Below are positions 1 to 13,263 of a DNA stretch of 64,000 nucleotides, piece after piece. The notes below the pieces were generated by a model. It ran no database searches and was not told where the DNA came from. It worked only from the letters and a program-made list of their open reading frames with translations. The stretch comes from Octopus sinensis (taxonomy: Eukaryota). Every line of letters starts with the position of its first letter. Position 1 is the first letter of the stretch. A program made the translations under genes and the position numbers. The stretch lies in contig NC_042997.1 in NCBI RefSeq assembly GCF_006345805.1, forward strand, positions 31,062,001 through 31,126,000, written 5' to 3'.

Positions 1-171
1 ATATTTGCTGTTTTCTACCTGTATACTTTTGTCTGGATTGTATTGCCAGAAGTTTATTAGTTCTGTTCAACGTGTTGAATTTTAGTACTGAGTTTTATTT
101 TCTAAGTCTTTCTATCTGTTTGATGACATCCGGTATATATTACGGCTTATGCATCGTCCATGTTCCTAATT

Positions 172-798
172 CAAGACCGGATAAGGATTCATAGAGGCTC
201 GAAACCCTTGAAATATTTTGGTGCCCCCATATATATGTAATTCAAAATCTAAACAATAATAAACCAAAATACTTTTTACTTTTCAAAATGAAACAAAACT
301 AACAGTAAGATGGAAAATAATGATTCTTCTTGTATACTTTGGTATACTTCCATTTTATATATATTTGAAATGCTTTCCCTTCTTTTCAAGTGCAATGTCT
401 TTGATCAGATCCTCAAAATTAATCTTGCGTAACACAACTGCTTCTATACTTAGTATGAGATAAGGCATCCCTAATGTCATTCTAGCAAGTTTAAAGGGAT
501 TTCTTTTATACCTATTTCTATTTCTTTATTACCCACAAGGGGCTAAACATAGAGGGGACAAACAAGGACAGACAAACGGATTAAGTCGATTACATCGACC
601 CCAGTGCATAACTGGTACTTAATTTATCGACCCCAAAAGGATGTAAGGCAAAGTCGACCTCGGCGGAATTTGAACTCAGAACGTAACGGCAGACGAAAAT
701 TTTCTTTTATACCGTAAACCATTCACATTTCTATGGTGCCCACTTCCCTTGATGCCCTAAGCATATGCTTATCTTGCTTAATAGTTAACCCTGCGTTG
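172..798 (-). mobile_element. Old hAT-derived DNA transposon remnant
   Basis: Minus strand ~365-460 translates LILSIEAVVLRKINFEDLIKDIALEKKG, resembling the hAT C-terminal dimerisation region. Degenerate TIR-like ends CAAGACCGGATAAG / TTAACCCTGCGTTG. Confidence 0.5.
513..700 (-). mobile_element. SINE family A copy, 5'-truncated
   Basis: Matches the other family-A copies. 13-bp TSD TTTCTTTTATACC at 500-512 and 701-713. Confidence 0.9.
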
Positions 799-1854
799 CC
801 CTTATGTATATTGCCTATTTATGTAATTTCCGAGTGAGAACTAACGGCAACTGAATTATTTTGATTATAAAATTTGCCGTGTCGTTTGCGAAAGGGGATT
901 CTAGCTTAAAGGACAGCGCTACATTATTCAGTATCTTGAGTCGTTCTATTCTTAGTTGCCTGTATGCAATATTTAATATGGTTTGTCACTGAAGCTTTAT
1001 TGAACAGATTTTAAGGCGGAGATGTTTCCTACCGCACAGTTGTTCTAAGATCTCTAGGAAATCTTCGGATGACCGAAATCTTGCTGGTGTGTATTGTTTG
1101 ATAAACTTTTCTCATTGCATAGCGGTCTTGTGTACTGGTGTATTTATCTCATATATTACAAGACAGAATGTTTGCAATACGATATTTTGCATGTGAATTT
1201 TACTTGTTCCATAGATATGTACTAGGGTGAATTCTCCATCCATGTGGTGTAAATCTGATTTAATGCTCCTTTTGGTACGTTTATCGCATAATCAGTCTAT
1301 TCATTGTAACATTTTATTAGAGATTCTTATAAATTCGTTTCTGTCGATGAGATAATTGCTAACGTCAAAAAACATTCGTCTTTATTCATGGCAACGAATA
1401 AATTCATTTTACCACTCTTACATTGATACTGGCGTTATGTTTTAAAACAGATTGTCTAAGTTTAATGTTAATTAATTATTTGCTTATTTTTGAGTGGGCA
1501 TATATTTTTATTTCATTCACCTTGTTGTTAGTCTATTCCTAATAGTTATCAGATTTTTATGTCAGATTTTTCTGAGGCATATTAGTGTAGTTTCGTATCT
1601 GTGTGTGTGTGTGTGTATGTTTTCTTGTATCTATGGGCATGCTTTGGTCTTATTTCGATTGTACGTAGTACCGAAGTTGTGGAACGGAATTTGGTCTTCC
1701 TGTATATGGATGGAAATATTGTGTTGGACTCTCTCTTCATTAAACGACAAATGGGGGATCTGCAATTTCTTGGCTGTTCAGCCACACAGATGGTTTGTTT
1801 ATAGTAATCAAAAGTTTGTGTTTGCATAAGGCTTACTCCCGCCATCAAATCGAC

Positions 1855-2455
1855 ATTACCTGTACAGGTGCATAAGCGTGCCACACATCACATATAGAAA
1901 TGATCGCAGAACAACGTGAAATGAAGCGTTTTGCGCCAGAACACGACGTACTGCCTGGTACAGGAATCGAACTAGCGATCTAGCAATCTGTTTCTTTATT
2001 ACCCACAAGGGGCTAAACATAGAGGAGACAAACAAGGGCAGACAAACGGATTAAATCGATTACATCGACCCCAGTGCGTAACTGGTACTTAATTTATCGA
2101 CCCCGAAAGGATGAAAGGCAAAGTCGACCTCGGCGGAATTTGAACTCACAACGTAACGGCAGACGAAATACCTATTTCTTTACTGCCCACAAGGGGTTAA
2201 ACACAGAGGGAACAAACAAGGACAGACAAACGGATTAAATCGATTACATCGACCCCAGTGCGTAACTGGTACTTAATTTATCGACCCCGAAAGGATGAAA
2301 GGCAAAGTCGACCTCGGCGGAATTTGAACTCACAACGTAACGGCAGACGAAATACTGCTACGCATTTCGCCCGGCGTACTAACGTTTCGGCCAGCTCGCC
2401 GCCTTATCCAGCTTCGTGAGTACAACACCCTAACCACTAAGTCACACGCCTTCAC
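1855..2455 (-). mobile_element. Old tRNA-headed SINE (family E), split by a SINE-A dimer
   Basis: Minus-strand head GTGAAGGCGTGTGACTTAGTGGTTAGGGTG (A box) at 2425-2454; B-box-like GTTCGATTCC at ~1962-1972. Similar copies at 13758-13975 and 50110-50290. Confidence 0.7.
1990..2405 (-). mobile_element. SINE family A, two-unit array
   Basis: One tRNA-like head (AAGGCGGCGAGCTGG...GAGTTCAAATTCC) plus two ~180-bp body+tail units joined at AAGAAATAGG|TATTTCGTC. Confidence 0.92.
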
Positions 2456-2461
2456 AATACA

Positions 2462-2485
2462 GTGTGTGTGTGTGTGAGTGTGTGT

Positions 2486-2566
<81 letters not shown>

Positions 2567-2705
2567 TATGTGTGTGTGTGTGTGTGTATGTGTGTGTGTA
2601 TGTGTGTATGTGTGTGTGTGTATGTGTGTGTGTGTGTATGTGTGTGGTGTGGTGTGTGTAGTGTGTGTGTATGTGTGTGTGTATGTGTGTATGTGTGTGT
2701 GTGTA

Positions 2706-2737
<32 letters not shown>

Positions 2738-2760
2738 TGTGTATGTGTGTGTGTGTGTGT
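2462..2760. repeat. (TG)n / (TGTA)n microsatellite
   Basis: Read directly from the sequence. Confidence 0.97.
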
Positions 2761-3216
2761 AGTGTAATGTACGAAATGTTTCTTGCTGACGAGCAGTCAC
2801 GTGTATTCGTCGGTGATCAACCACTTCCGGAATTCTGCCATGCATTATTTGTTTGTTTATTTATTCATTTATTTACTTGTTTGTTTTTATTTTTATTTTT
2901 TGCTACTTTTACTGTGCGATTTTACGTGAATATTATGTGAACAGATATTCACTTGATGTTTATTGTCATATGGCAATGTACATGGCTACTTCATACGTAT
3001 AGACATACCAACAGATCTGGAATATGCAGCAGATTCTACGAACCCTTCCCCCTCTCTCTCACTCACCACACACACACACACACACCACACACACAACACA
3101 TATAATACGCTCATATATTTACACGTACATGAATAAATATGTGAACACGTAGACGTGTGCACACACACGCCGCAGACACATTACACATGTGCGTGGGAGT
3201 ACGAACTCAAAGACGT

Positions 3217-3217
3217 A

Positions 3218-3286
<69 letters not shown>

Positions 3287-3902
3287 GTCTGTCTATATAT
3301 ACATACATACATACGTACATACATACATACATACATACATACATACACACATACACACATACATACATACATACATACGTATATACATACATACATACAT
3401 ACATACATACATACATACATACATACATACATACATACATACATACAATTATACTCATACGTATATATACATACATTCATAGACACACACATATACACAT
3501 ACACAGACACATATATCTATATGTAGTTTATATGTGTGTCGTGTTGCAGGTTCTGCAGACATAGTAATATCTTAATTGATTCCAAAAGCCAAAATAATGA
3601 TTACAACGACTTAGCAGAAAGACAGATGCATAAAGATAGACAGACAGAAGGACAGATGGATAAATAAATAGATAGACAGACATACAGATACAGAGACAGA
3701 CAGATTGATAGATAAATAGATGGATAGGTATGTAGGTTGGCAGATAGATAGATAGATAGATAGATAGGTAGATAGATGGATAGACTGATAGATAGACCCG
3801 CAGACAGAAGAACAGAGGGACAGAGTGACAGATAGACGGACAGACAGACAGATAGATATAGATTGATAGATAGGGACAGGATAGATAGATAGATAGACAA
3901 GC

Positions 3903-3940
<38 letters not shown>

Positions 3941-3942
3941 AA

Positions 3943-3976
<34 letters not shown>

Positions 3977-4069
3977 GATAGATAGATAATAGATAGATAG
4001 ATAGATAGATAGATAGACAGAGAGACTGACAGACAGAGTGAAAGTAGACAGACATACAGACATACATAC

Positions 4070-4137
<68 letters not shown>

Positions 4138-4275
4138 CGTACATACATAATGAGGAAGATAAAGGCAGAAAGTAAAAATGAGATAGTGCATTGCATGCGT
4201 GCGTAAGTGTTTGTGTGCATGAGTATGTACGTGTGTGTGCGTATGTGTGTCTGTGTGTGTCGCGTGAGAGAGGAG

Positions 4276-4319
<44 letters not shown>

Positions 4320-4380
4320 GGAGACAGAGATTGGAGAGGAGGAGAGAGGAGAGAGGAGAGAGAGGAGAGAGGGAGACAGA
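3217..4380. repeat. Compound microsatellite block: (TATC)n, (TACA)n, (GATA)n, (TA)n, (GA)n
   Basis: Read directly; accounts for the YLSI/HTYI-repeat ORFs. Confidence 0.95.
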
Positions 4381-4589
4381 GTTCGAAAGAGAAAAGACGG
4401 CTCCGTTGCTTATCAAATGCTGTTTTGATCCGTATCGCAGTCTAATAAGCAAAATGCACCTTATTGCAATCGCTCTGCACCACGGCACGAATTTCATGAA
4501 ACCAGGCTTTGTGCGTGCGCCGATTATCTCAATTATGAAATGCAAAGAGGAGAAATCATAACGAAAGTATTACAAGTCAACGGATACGC

Positions 4590-4861
4590 TACAACGCAAA
4601 CAACAACAATAGCAACAAGAACAACAAGAACAAGAGCAACAAGAACAAGAGCAACAAGAACAAGAGCAACAACAACAACAACAGCAGCAGCAGCAGCAAA
4701 AACAACAACAATAACAGCAGCAGCAGTAGCACCATCAGCAGCAAGAACGTGTGCAACTTCCATCCATTGAACACATTGTGTATTCCCTTACAGCAACATA
4801 AACCAGCACCTGAAAGTAAAGACAGTAACAACAACAACAACAACAAAAACAACAACAACAG

Positions 4862-4901
<40 letters not shown>

Positions 4902-5005
4902 GAAGATGACGACGACGACGACCACCACGACGACCACCACGACCACCACCACGACCACCACGACCACCACGACGACCACCACGAACACCACCACGAACAC
5001 GACCT

Positions 5006-5036
<31 letters not shown>

Positions 5037-5501
5037 CACCATCACCACAACTACCACGACAACCACCACGACCGCCACCACGAACACCACCACGAACACG
5101 ACCACGACCACCACCACGACCACCACCACCACCATCACCACGACTACCACGACAACCACCACGACCGCCACCACGAACACCACCACGAACACGACCACGA
5201 CCACCACCACGACCACCACCACCACCACCATCACCACGACTACCACGACAACCACCACGACCGCCACCACGAACACCACCACGAACACGACCACGACCAC
5301 GACCACCAACCACCACCACCACACCACATCACCACGACTACCACGACAACCACCACGACCGCCACCACGAACACCACCACGAACACGACCACGACCACGA
5401 CCACCACCACCACCACCACCACCACCATCACCACGACTACCACGACAACCACCACGACCGCCACCACGAACACCACCACCACCACCACCACCACCACCAT
5501 C

Positions 5502-5562
<61 letters not shown>

Positions 5563-5660
5563 TTGCTATTGCACGTCTGGCGTCGACATCGTATACAACA
5601 AACATATAAAAAGAACAATTGCAAGATCAACAATAACAACAACAACAGCAACGACAACAC
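4590..5660. repeat. Trinucleotide patchwork (AAC/AGC/TAC/GAC/CAC) with a ~95-bp higher-order repeat
   Basis: Unit CATCACCACGACTACCACGACAACCACCACGACCGCCACCACGAACACC recurs near 5040, 5133, 5229, 5326 and 5426. Confidence 0.9.
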
Positions 5661-5847
5661 GAAGAAACGTTAAACGAAGATGGTTAAGCTTTAGAAAAAA
5701 AATCTAGAGTGAAGAAATAAATATAAAGAATGAACTAATTATGTTGTAATTGAGTCATTTGTTTCGTTTCTTTGCAACCCCAACAGATGCATTCCGTGGT
5801 GTACATAGCCGTCATTTTTAAGCATTGCACATGCAAGCTTGTCTATA

Positions 5848-6082
5848 CCTATTTCTTTACTACCCACAAGGGGCTAAACACAGAGGGGACAAACAAGGAC
5901 AGACATAGGTATTAAGTCGATTACATCGACCCCAGTGCGTAACTGGTACTTAATTTATCGACCCCGAAAGGATGAAAGGCAAAGTCGACCTCGGCGGAAT
6001 TTGAACTCACAACGCAACGGCAGACGAAATACAGCTAAGCATTTCGCCCGGCGTGCTAACGATTCTGCCAGCTCGCCGCCTT
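5848..6082 (-). mobile_element. SINE family A, full length
   Basis: tRNA-like head with A and B boxes, central TTTCATCCTTTCGGGGTCGATAAATTAAGTACCAG, tail ending AAAGAAATAGG. Confidence 0.93.
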
Positions 6083-7070
6083 CATGCACGCATAAACATG
6101 TTTAGAGTTAAACACACGTGTGTGTATGGTGTGCATGTGTTTAACTGTCGTAATCATGAGTGTGTGTAATACTACGACCATTACCGAATTCCTGCCACAG
6201 TGCCATTCTGTGGCACACCTTCAGCTCTCACAGAAGTTCATCATTTTGAGGATCGATCAAAGAAATTCCAGTTCATAGCGATGGCTTCCCCTGATAAAGA
6301 GTCGGGAAATATGCTTTGAGATATTTGTTCTGGTTCATTGAATTCTGATATCAACGTCGAAGACGACACTGGTGCCAAGATATATTAGCCCCAGTCAAGT
6401 GGCCTCTGTCTTGGGTAAGAATTGTCGAAGAAGGAAGAGTTGCATGCATGGCCAACAATCACTCTTCATTAAAAGATCTGCTCAGACCTGCACAATAATG
6501 TGAAGATGTATGGTCAAAGTTGACCGACGGAGGCCCTAGTGGTGAGGAAGGACAACAAAAATTGCTGGTACACCAGATAATTTTGCTAAGCACGGTGGAG
6601 ATGATATGGCTGATGATGGGGACACTGTGTCAACATGTGGAATGGTTAACCAGTTCCACAATATTAGAGATATGTGAAACTGCTTTTGTTGTTCAATAGA
6701 AATTATACCATGTCAAACTTTGGTCGTATTATCTTATATTTATTGGTAAAACATTCTTTAGACTTTTATTGAATTGGTTACAGATCCACACATGAGTTTC
6801 ATTGTTGTCTTCGAGTCACAAAATAGAGGCACCAAAAGTATTATCATTGCCATCAGACAATTGCAAGAAAAGTGCATTGAGCAAGGGGGGTCTTCATTTA
6901 TCGAGTTTTTGTTGACTAAAAGAAAGCTTTTGATGCGGTGAACAGAAATGCAATAAGGAAAATCCTAGGAAAGTTGAGGTGTATTTGCCCGCTCGCACTC
7001 AGTATGAGGGTACATTGCAACCTAAATGGGGCTCTTTCGACACCGAGGGTGTCAAGAAGGGTATATACAT

Positions 7071-7305
7071 ATTTCTTTATTACCCACAAGGGGCTAAACA
7101 CAGAGGGGACAAACAAGGACAGACATAGGTATTAAGTCGATTACATCGACCCCAGTGCGTAACTGGTACTTAATTTATCGACCCCGAAAGGATGAAAGGC
7201 AAAGTCAACCTCGGCGGAATTTGAACTCAGAACAACGTAACGCAGACGAAATACCGCTAAGCATTTCGCCCGGCGTGCTAACGTTTCTGCCAGTTCGCCG
7301 CCTTT
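7071..7305 (-). mobile_element. SINE family A, full length, inserted in the RTE fossil
   Basis: 16-bp TSD AGAAGGGTATATACAT at 7055-7070 and 7306-7321. Confidence 0.95.
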
Positions 7306-7725
7306 AGAAGGGTATATACATGCGTCAACTTTATTATTTTCCATATACTTTGTAGTCGCAATTGTCCATGCATTTTCGGAAAGGTGCATGCATCTACTAT
7401 TACATAACAATTAAACTGTTTATTCAGAGTCGTTTCAAAGCTAAATCGATGATCATTATAACTTTACTTAGCGATTTGTTATATGTTGATAACTAACTCG
7501 CATCAAGATTGGGCATCTGAAGTGCCTGTACTACTTCTGAACTTAGAATAAATCTAATGTTTACACCTGATCTAGGTGAACCAAAAATACTTGTCCAAGG
7601 GATAAGACTTGGATGCAGTGGATTCTTTTGTGTAGCTCAGCAGCTCTGTTGCCAGGGATAGATCATTAGATTCTGAGATAAGTTTGAGAAGTGAGAGGGT
7701 TTCAATCACATTTGAGACCCTAGAT

Positions 7726-7916
7726 CAGTGGTTTTCAACCAGGGTTCCGCCAGTACAGTCCAGGGGTTCCGCAAGAAGTTACAAAAATGCTAGTAATTTT
7801 AATTCTCCTGTGCAGATATGTGTGCATAAGACTATTAAATTATTGCACAGGGGTTCCTCGAGCCAGTGGAATGTTTCCTTGGGGTTCCGCTCCAGCAAAA
7901 AGGTTGAAAAGCACTA
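7726..7916. mobile_element. hAT-type MITE (191 bp)
   Basis: TIRs CAGTGGTTTTCAACC / GGTTGAAAAGCACTA; perfect 8-bp TSD CCCTAGAT at 7718-7725 and 7917-7924. Confidence 0.92.
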
Positions 7917-8794
7917 CCCTAGATAATCAAACCTGGACAGACAGTGACTAGAAACTTTTCATCAAGCTTCGCAGTTATGATATCTGCTTCACCACATCCT
8001 AGTTATACTCGACTGAAATATGGATACCATATCGACAACTCATAAAATCCCGGAAAGCTTCCGCCGGAAGAATGTAAAGAGTACATTGAACATCTGTTGG
8101 AAATCTTTTCTACCCGACACAGAAATGCAAGAAAGGACAGACTGTCTCAGTACAGAGACTCGCCTTTTCAAGTATCATGAGTGATGGGCTGGCAATGCCA
8201 TCCACTTTGATAAATTCAAACTTCAGAAGTAATTACCTTTTGGTGAATAAGTACAAACTAAAAATGGGATTTCATGACGCCAGGAAAGAGAATCGTAAGA
8301 CCTTGAACAGTAGTAGCGCTGATAATTGGGAAAATTTCACATTAATCAGAAGTGAATGAAACAATAGACTTTAGTTATAGAAAAAAAGGCTTGCTTTTCA
8401 AATAGGGAAGCATCATGTTCGAAAATTGCAGGCTCTTGTGGTTTTGTAGAGCTGGAGATGCGAAGGTAATGTCACTTGAATGTTTACGAAAGTATTGCAC
8501 TACAAAAAATGGAGTTTGTCATCCGCAAAGCGTCACATGTCAAGGACCATCACGAAATTTTTATATACATACCGATTCCCTAGAACTACGAAGCACTACT
8601 GTCTTCCGTGTTCAAAAGAGAGTGTTCTCCAGTGGTGTTGAAAATTCATTTTCATCGAATGCACAAAGGCGGAGATGCTGCTGATAAAGTCCTTGATAAA
8701 AGATACATATTATGTGTGTGCACATATATATGTATGTGTGTATGTGTATATGTGTATGTTTGTGTGTGAGTGTGTGTGTGTGTGTGTGCATTCC

Positions 8795-9271
8795 CAAAAT
8801 TTAAAGGTCAAAATCCCTAGTGCGTACTATATACGAGGTTAAAAATGAAAATTATTTTCTAAGCAATGTCTGAGACTCTATTTGCTGTCTGGCAATGTTT
8901 ATTCAGACGCATTTTGTGATGTCGGGCGCGAAAATACCTCAAGGTAAGCCTGAAAGCAATGAAGTCATAAAAGAATCATCCATAACTTGCAGTAAGCAAC
9001 ATTTATTAAACGTTATTATTGTTATTTCTTTATTTTCTGCCAACAAAATGCGCTAAAAAGCTACACCTTTGCATTATGTTATGTATACAATAATAATAAA
9101 GGACGTTACCGTATACAGTTTTACAAACCAAGGAGGTTATATAGACCTCCTTGACTCAAGTTAGAGAAGGAGTGCGTATTATACACATGGTTTAGGTTTT
9201 TCAGAGGTACAGCCCTCTAAAAATCCTCTGCGTATTATACTCAAAGGCGGACTATACTCAAGGACTTACGG
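8795..9271. mobile_element. Non-autonomous Tc2/pogo-like DNA transposon remnant (one end intact)
   Basis: Repeated subterminal TGCGTA(C/T)TATA motifs and terminus ...CTTACGG followed by TA. The left end is lost in a microsatellite. Confidence 0.55.
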
Positions 9272-9628
9272 TAAGTGAAATAGTACAAATGGAACGAGGA
9301 GAATAAGTGACGGATAAATGGACAACGTAAGAAACTACAACAGGTAGAGAAGAATTCGAAACCTGCTGGATAAAAATCTACCCACCCCACTCTCACCCTC
9401 ACCCCCACACAAATTAACAACAACGGTTGTGCATTGGAAAAGGAAAGGAAACGATAAGTAGACTGACGTTTCGGGCATTTTACCAAATTAGAGTAAGAAG
9501 CAAGATAAAAGATATAAGAAAAGAAACGATACCTGTTTGAAACACGCACGTATGCATCCTTTTGCTCTCTCTCTCTCCTCCCTCTCCTTCTCCTCTCTCT
9601 CTCTGCATATACATATACATATATATAT

Positions 9629-9683
<55 letters not shown>

Positions 9684-9685
<2 letters not shown>

Positions 9686-9897
9686 ATGTGACCGCGTGTG
9701 TACCGTTGGCGATTTTTTCCCTCTGTCTTCCCTTCTCTGGATCTTTCCTTCTCCTATGTTTCTGACAAAGAGCTCCGCTCGAAACGTTAGACACTCATTC
9801 TTCCCTTCCTTCTTGAGCGTCCAATAATACTATATTTGTTCCACGTCCTCCTCACGTTGTTGCGTTTTCTCTTTGTGTTTTCATGTTTAGATTAACT
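9684..9897 (+). mobile_element. Short PLE-type 3' terminal repeat in (TA)n carrying a hammerhead-like motif (9758-9792)
   Basis: GTTT-CTGACAA-A-GAGC-TCC-GCTC-GAAA-CG-TT-AGAC. Close homologue of 29378-29586; (TA)n on both sides. Confidence 0.72.
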
Positions 9898-10189
9898 ATA
9901 TATATATATAATACACGTACGTGCACATATATAATTAACCAAGTTGAAGCGTATCAAGTTGTCTCATCTAACTTCGCATTAACATTTCTCCGCGCCAAGA
10001 TCACTAAAGACAACTAACTACATGCATTTATACACTAACTATAACTATAATTATATCGTTGATTCAATAGATCGTGGCAGTAACTTTGGTATGCTGAGAT
10101 ATTTGATGAAACTCTAAACCTGAATTCATTTATATGCATGTCACTACTACGAAGTATTTGATGCGTTAACTACATACAACCGTTCTCTA

Positions 10190-10193
10190 TATG

Positions 10194-10240
<47 letters not shown>

Positions 10241-10300
10241 AAGATATATATATATATATATATATTACATATATATATAATACACACACATATACATATG

Positions 10301-10344
<44 letters not shown>

Positions 10345-10591
10345 CATATATATATTAATGCATATATATTATAATACATATATATATATAATGCATGTAT
10401 TATATAATGCATACATATATAGTCCATATATATACTGTATAATACATATATGTATGTATAATACATATCTATCTATCTATCTATATATATATATATAATA
10501 CATATATATCTATATCTATATCTACATATTTATATATATATATCTATATCTATATCTACATATTTATATATATATATATATTATATATATA

Positions 10592-10668
<77 letters not shown>

Positions 10669-10832
10669 CATGTATGTATATATATAACATGCATGAAGAA
10701 GACATATACAAGTATCATAAAACAGAATACGAAGAGACAGTTGCGAGGCATCAAGTCAATTTATAACACTTATACGGAAGAGAGTAAAAAAATATAAATT
10801 ACATACCTATACACACACACGCAAACACACAC

Positions 10833-10907
<75 letters not shown>

Positions 10908-10925
10908 ACACACACATATATATAA
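10190..10925. repeat. (TA)n-rich tract followed by (CA)n
   Basis: Read directly from the sequence. Confidence 0.93.
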
Positions 10926-11442
10926 GTATACATGTAATTACATATGCTCCTTCATTCCCTTTATGCAAACACCCACACGTGTATATATTTATATATGTAC
11001 AACACACACACGCACATGTGCGCGTGGAAATGTAAGATAGGTAGTAGAGGTATTAGCATTGGTGGTGGTGGTGGTGGTGGTGGTGGTGAAAAAAAACCAT
11101 TTCCTTTTATCAATTTGTTAATTAATTCCTTGCTATCCCAATCTATCATCCATATAGTCTATGATAGATTCTCTCAAGTAACCAACACAAGAAGATTAGC
11201 CGAAGAAAATGCGGTGTGAGTGCAATCATAATAACTTCTAACTCTATTCCCCCCCCACTCTCTCTCCTTCTCACTCTCTCTCTCTCTCATTCGCACTCTC
11301 TCTCATTCCCACTCTCTGTTTAAACCCAGCTTATCTCGTTTTTTTTTCTCTTTATATGGCTTTCACTCGCACTCTTTCCCATTCTCTCACCCTCAAATTT
11401 TTCTTTCTGTGGTTCTGTCTCCATCTGTTTAAAGTACTGCTA

Positions 11443-11540
<98 letters not shown>

Positions 11541-11556
11541 AGTGTAAATATATATA

Positions 11557-11953
11557 AGGAGTGGCTGTGTGGTAAGTAGCTTGTTTACCAATCACATGGT
11601 TCCGGGTTCAATCCCACTGTGTGGCACCTTGGGCAAGTGTCTTCTACTATAGCCTCGGGCCGACCAAAGCCTTGTGAGTGGATTTGGTAGACGGAAACTG
11701 AAAGAAGCCTGTCGTATATATGTATATATATATGCGTGTGTGTGTGTTTGTGTGTCTGTGTTTGTCCCTCTAGCATTGCTTGACAACCGATGCTGGTGTG
11801 TTTACGTCCCCGTTACTTAGCGGTTCGGCAAAAGAGACCGATAGAATAAGTACTGGGCTTACAAAGAATAAGTCCCGGGGTCGAGTCTCGATTAAAGGCG
11901 GTGCTCCAGCATGGCCGCAGTCAAATGACTGAAACAAGTAAAAGAGTAAAAGA

Positions 11954-11955
<2 letters not shown>
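11557..11955 (+). mobile_element. SINE family B (tRNA head, CORE-like CCTTGGGCAAGTG, internal TA/TG microsatellite)
   Basis: GGAGTGGCTGTGTGGTAAG...GGTTCAATCCC head; tail AAGTAAAAGAGTAAAAGAG. Confidence 0.92.
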
Positions 11956-11993
<38 letters not shown>

Positions 11994-12029
11994 AATATAT
12001 ATGTATGTATCTCTTTATATCTCTTTTAT

Positions 12030-12239
12030 ACTTTTTTATACTTGTTTCAGTCATTTGAATGCGGCCATGCTGGAGCACCGCATTTAGTCGAGCAGATCGA
12101 CCCCGGGACTTATTCTTTGTAAGCCCAGTACTTATTCTATCGGTCTCTTTTGCCGAACCGCTAAGTGACGGGGACATAAACACACCAGCATCGGTTGTCA
12201 AGCGACGTTGTGGGGACAAACACAGACACACAAACATAT

Positions 12240-12270
<31 letters not shown>

Positions 12271-12440
12271 CATATATACGACAGGCTTCTTTCAGTTTCC
12301 GTCTACCAAATCCACTCACAAGGCATTTGTCGGCCCGGGGCTATAGCAGAAGAAACTTGCCCAGGATGCCACGCAGTGGGACTGAACCCAGAACCATGTG
12401 GTTGGTAAGCAAGCTACTTACCACACAGCCACTCCTATGC
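12030..12440 (-). mobile_element. SINE family B
   Basis: Reverse complement of 11557-11955 over essentially the full length. Confidence 0.92.
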
Positions 12441-12449
12441 ATATATATT

Positions 12450-13052
12450 ATTTTCATTTGTTTCAGCCGGTTGACTGCGGCCATGCTGGAACACTGCCTT
12501 CGGTCGAACAAATCGACCCCGGGATTTATTCTTTGTAAGCCTAGTACTTATTCTATCGGTGTCTTTTTGCTGAATCGCTGAGTTACGGGGACGTAAACAC
12601 ACCAGCATCGGTTGTCAAGCGATGTTGGGACACACACCACACACACACATATATATACGACGGGCTTCTTTCAGTTTCCGTCTACCAAATCCACTCACAA
12701 GGCTTTGGTCGGTCTGAGGCTATAGTAGAGGACACTTGCCCAAGGTTCCACACAGCGGGTTGAACGCGAAACCATGTGGTTGGTAAGCAAGCAACTTACC
12801 ACACAGCCACACATGCGCATATACAATCTTTTATTCTTTTACTTGTTTCAGTCATTTGACTGCGGCCATGCTGGAGCACCGCGTTTATTCGAACAAATCA
12901 ACCTCAGGACTTATTCTTTGCAAACCTAGTACTTATTCTATCGGTATCTTTTGCCGAACCGCTAAGTTACGGGGACGTAAACACACCAACATCGGTGGTC
13001 AAGTGATGGTGGGGGTACAAACACAGACACACATATACATTCATACACACAC
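12450..13052 (-). mobile_element. SINE family B: one full copy (12450-12820) and one 3' half (12828-13052)
   Basis: Sequence identity to the other family-B copies. Confidence 0.88.
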
Positions 13053-13231
13053 AGGCGCAGGAGTAGCTGTGTGGTGAGTAGCTTGCTTACCAACCACATG
13101 GTTCCGGTTTCAGTCCCACTGCATGGCACCTTGAGCACGTATCTTCTACTGTAGCCTCCGGCCGACCAAAGCGTTGTGAGTGGATTTGGTAGATGGAAAC
13201 TGAAAGAAGCCCGTCGCATATATGTATATAC

Positions 13232-13263
<32 letters not shown>

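Larger units (their letters stand above)
1..1560 (-). mobile_element. Highly decayed Penelope-like retroelement RT fragment, interrupted by a hAT-derived element (172-798)
   Basis: Minus-strand frames give IYGTSKIHMQN (~1190-1220; cf. LYGLPKIHK), GKFYNQNNSVAVSS (~835-880; cf. GKYYxQxxGVAMGSP) and NSVLKF (~75-95). Many stops and frameshifts; boundaries approximate. Confidence 0.55.
6170..8330 (+). mobile_element. Decayed RTE-clade (BovB-like) LINE reverse transcriptase region
   Basis: Recognisable motifs in order: AIRQLQEKCIEQ, FVD*-KAFDAVNRNAIRKILGKL, GVKKG..STLLFSIYF, KLFIQSRFKAK..SDLLYVDN (cf. LFADD), VDSFV*LSS, EIWIPYR. Interrupted by a SINE-A and a hAT MITE. Outer limits approximate. Confidence 0.85.

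Noticed and set aside
2330-4545. Long ORFs rich in HT, CV, YI and YLSI repeats (also 32462-33357, 35158-36217, 51-54 kb)
   Set aside because: They are translations of (CA)n, (TA)n, (TATC)n and (TATG)n microsatellites, which lack stops in several frames.
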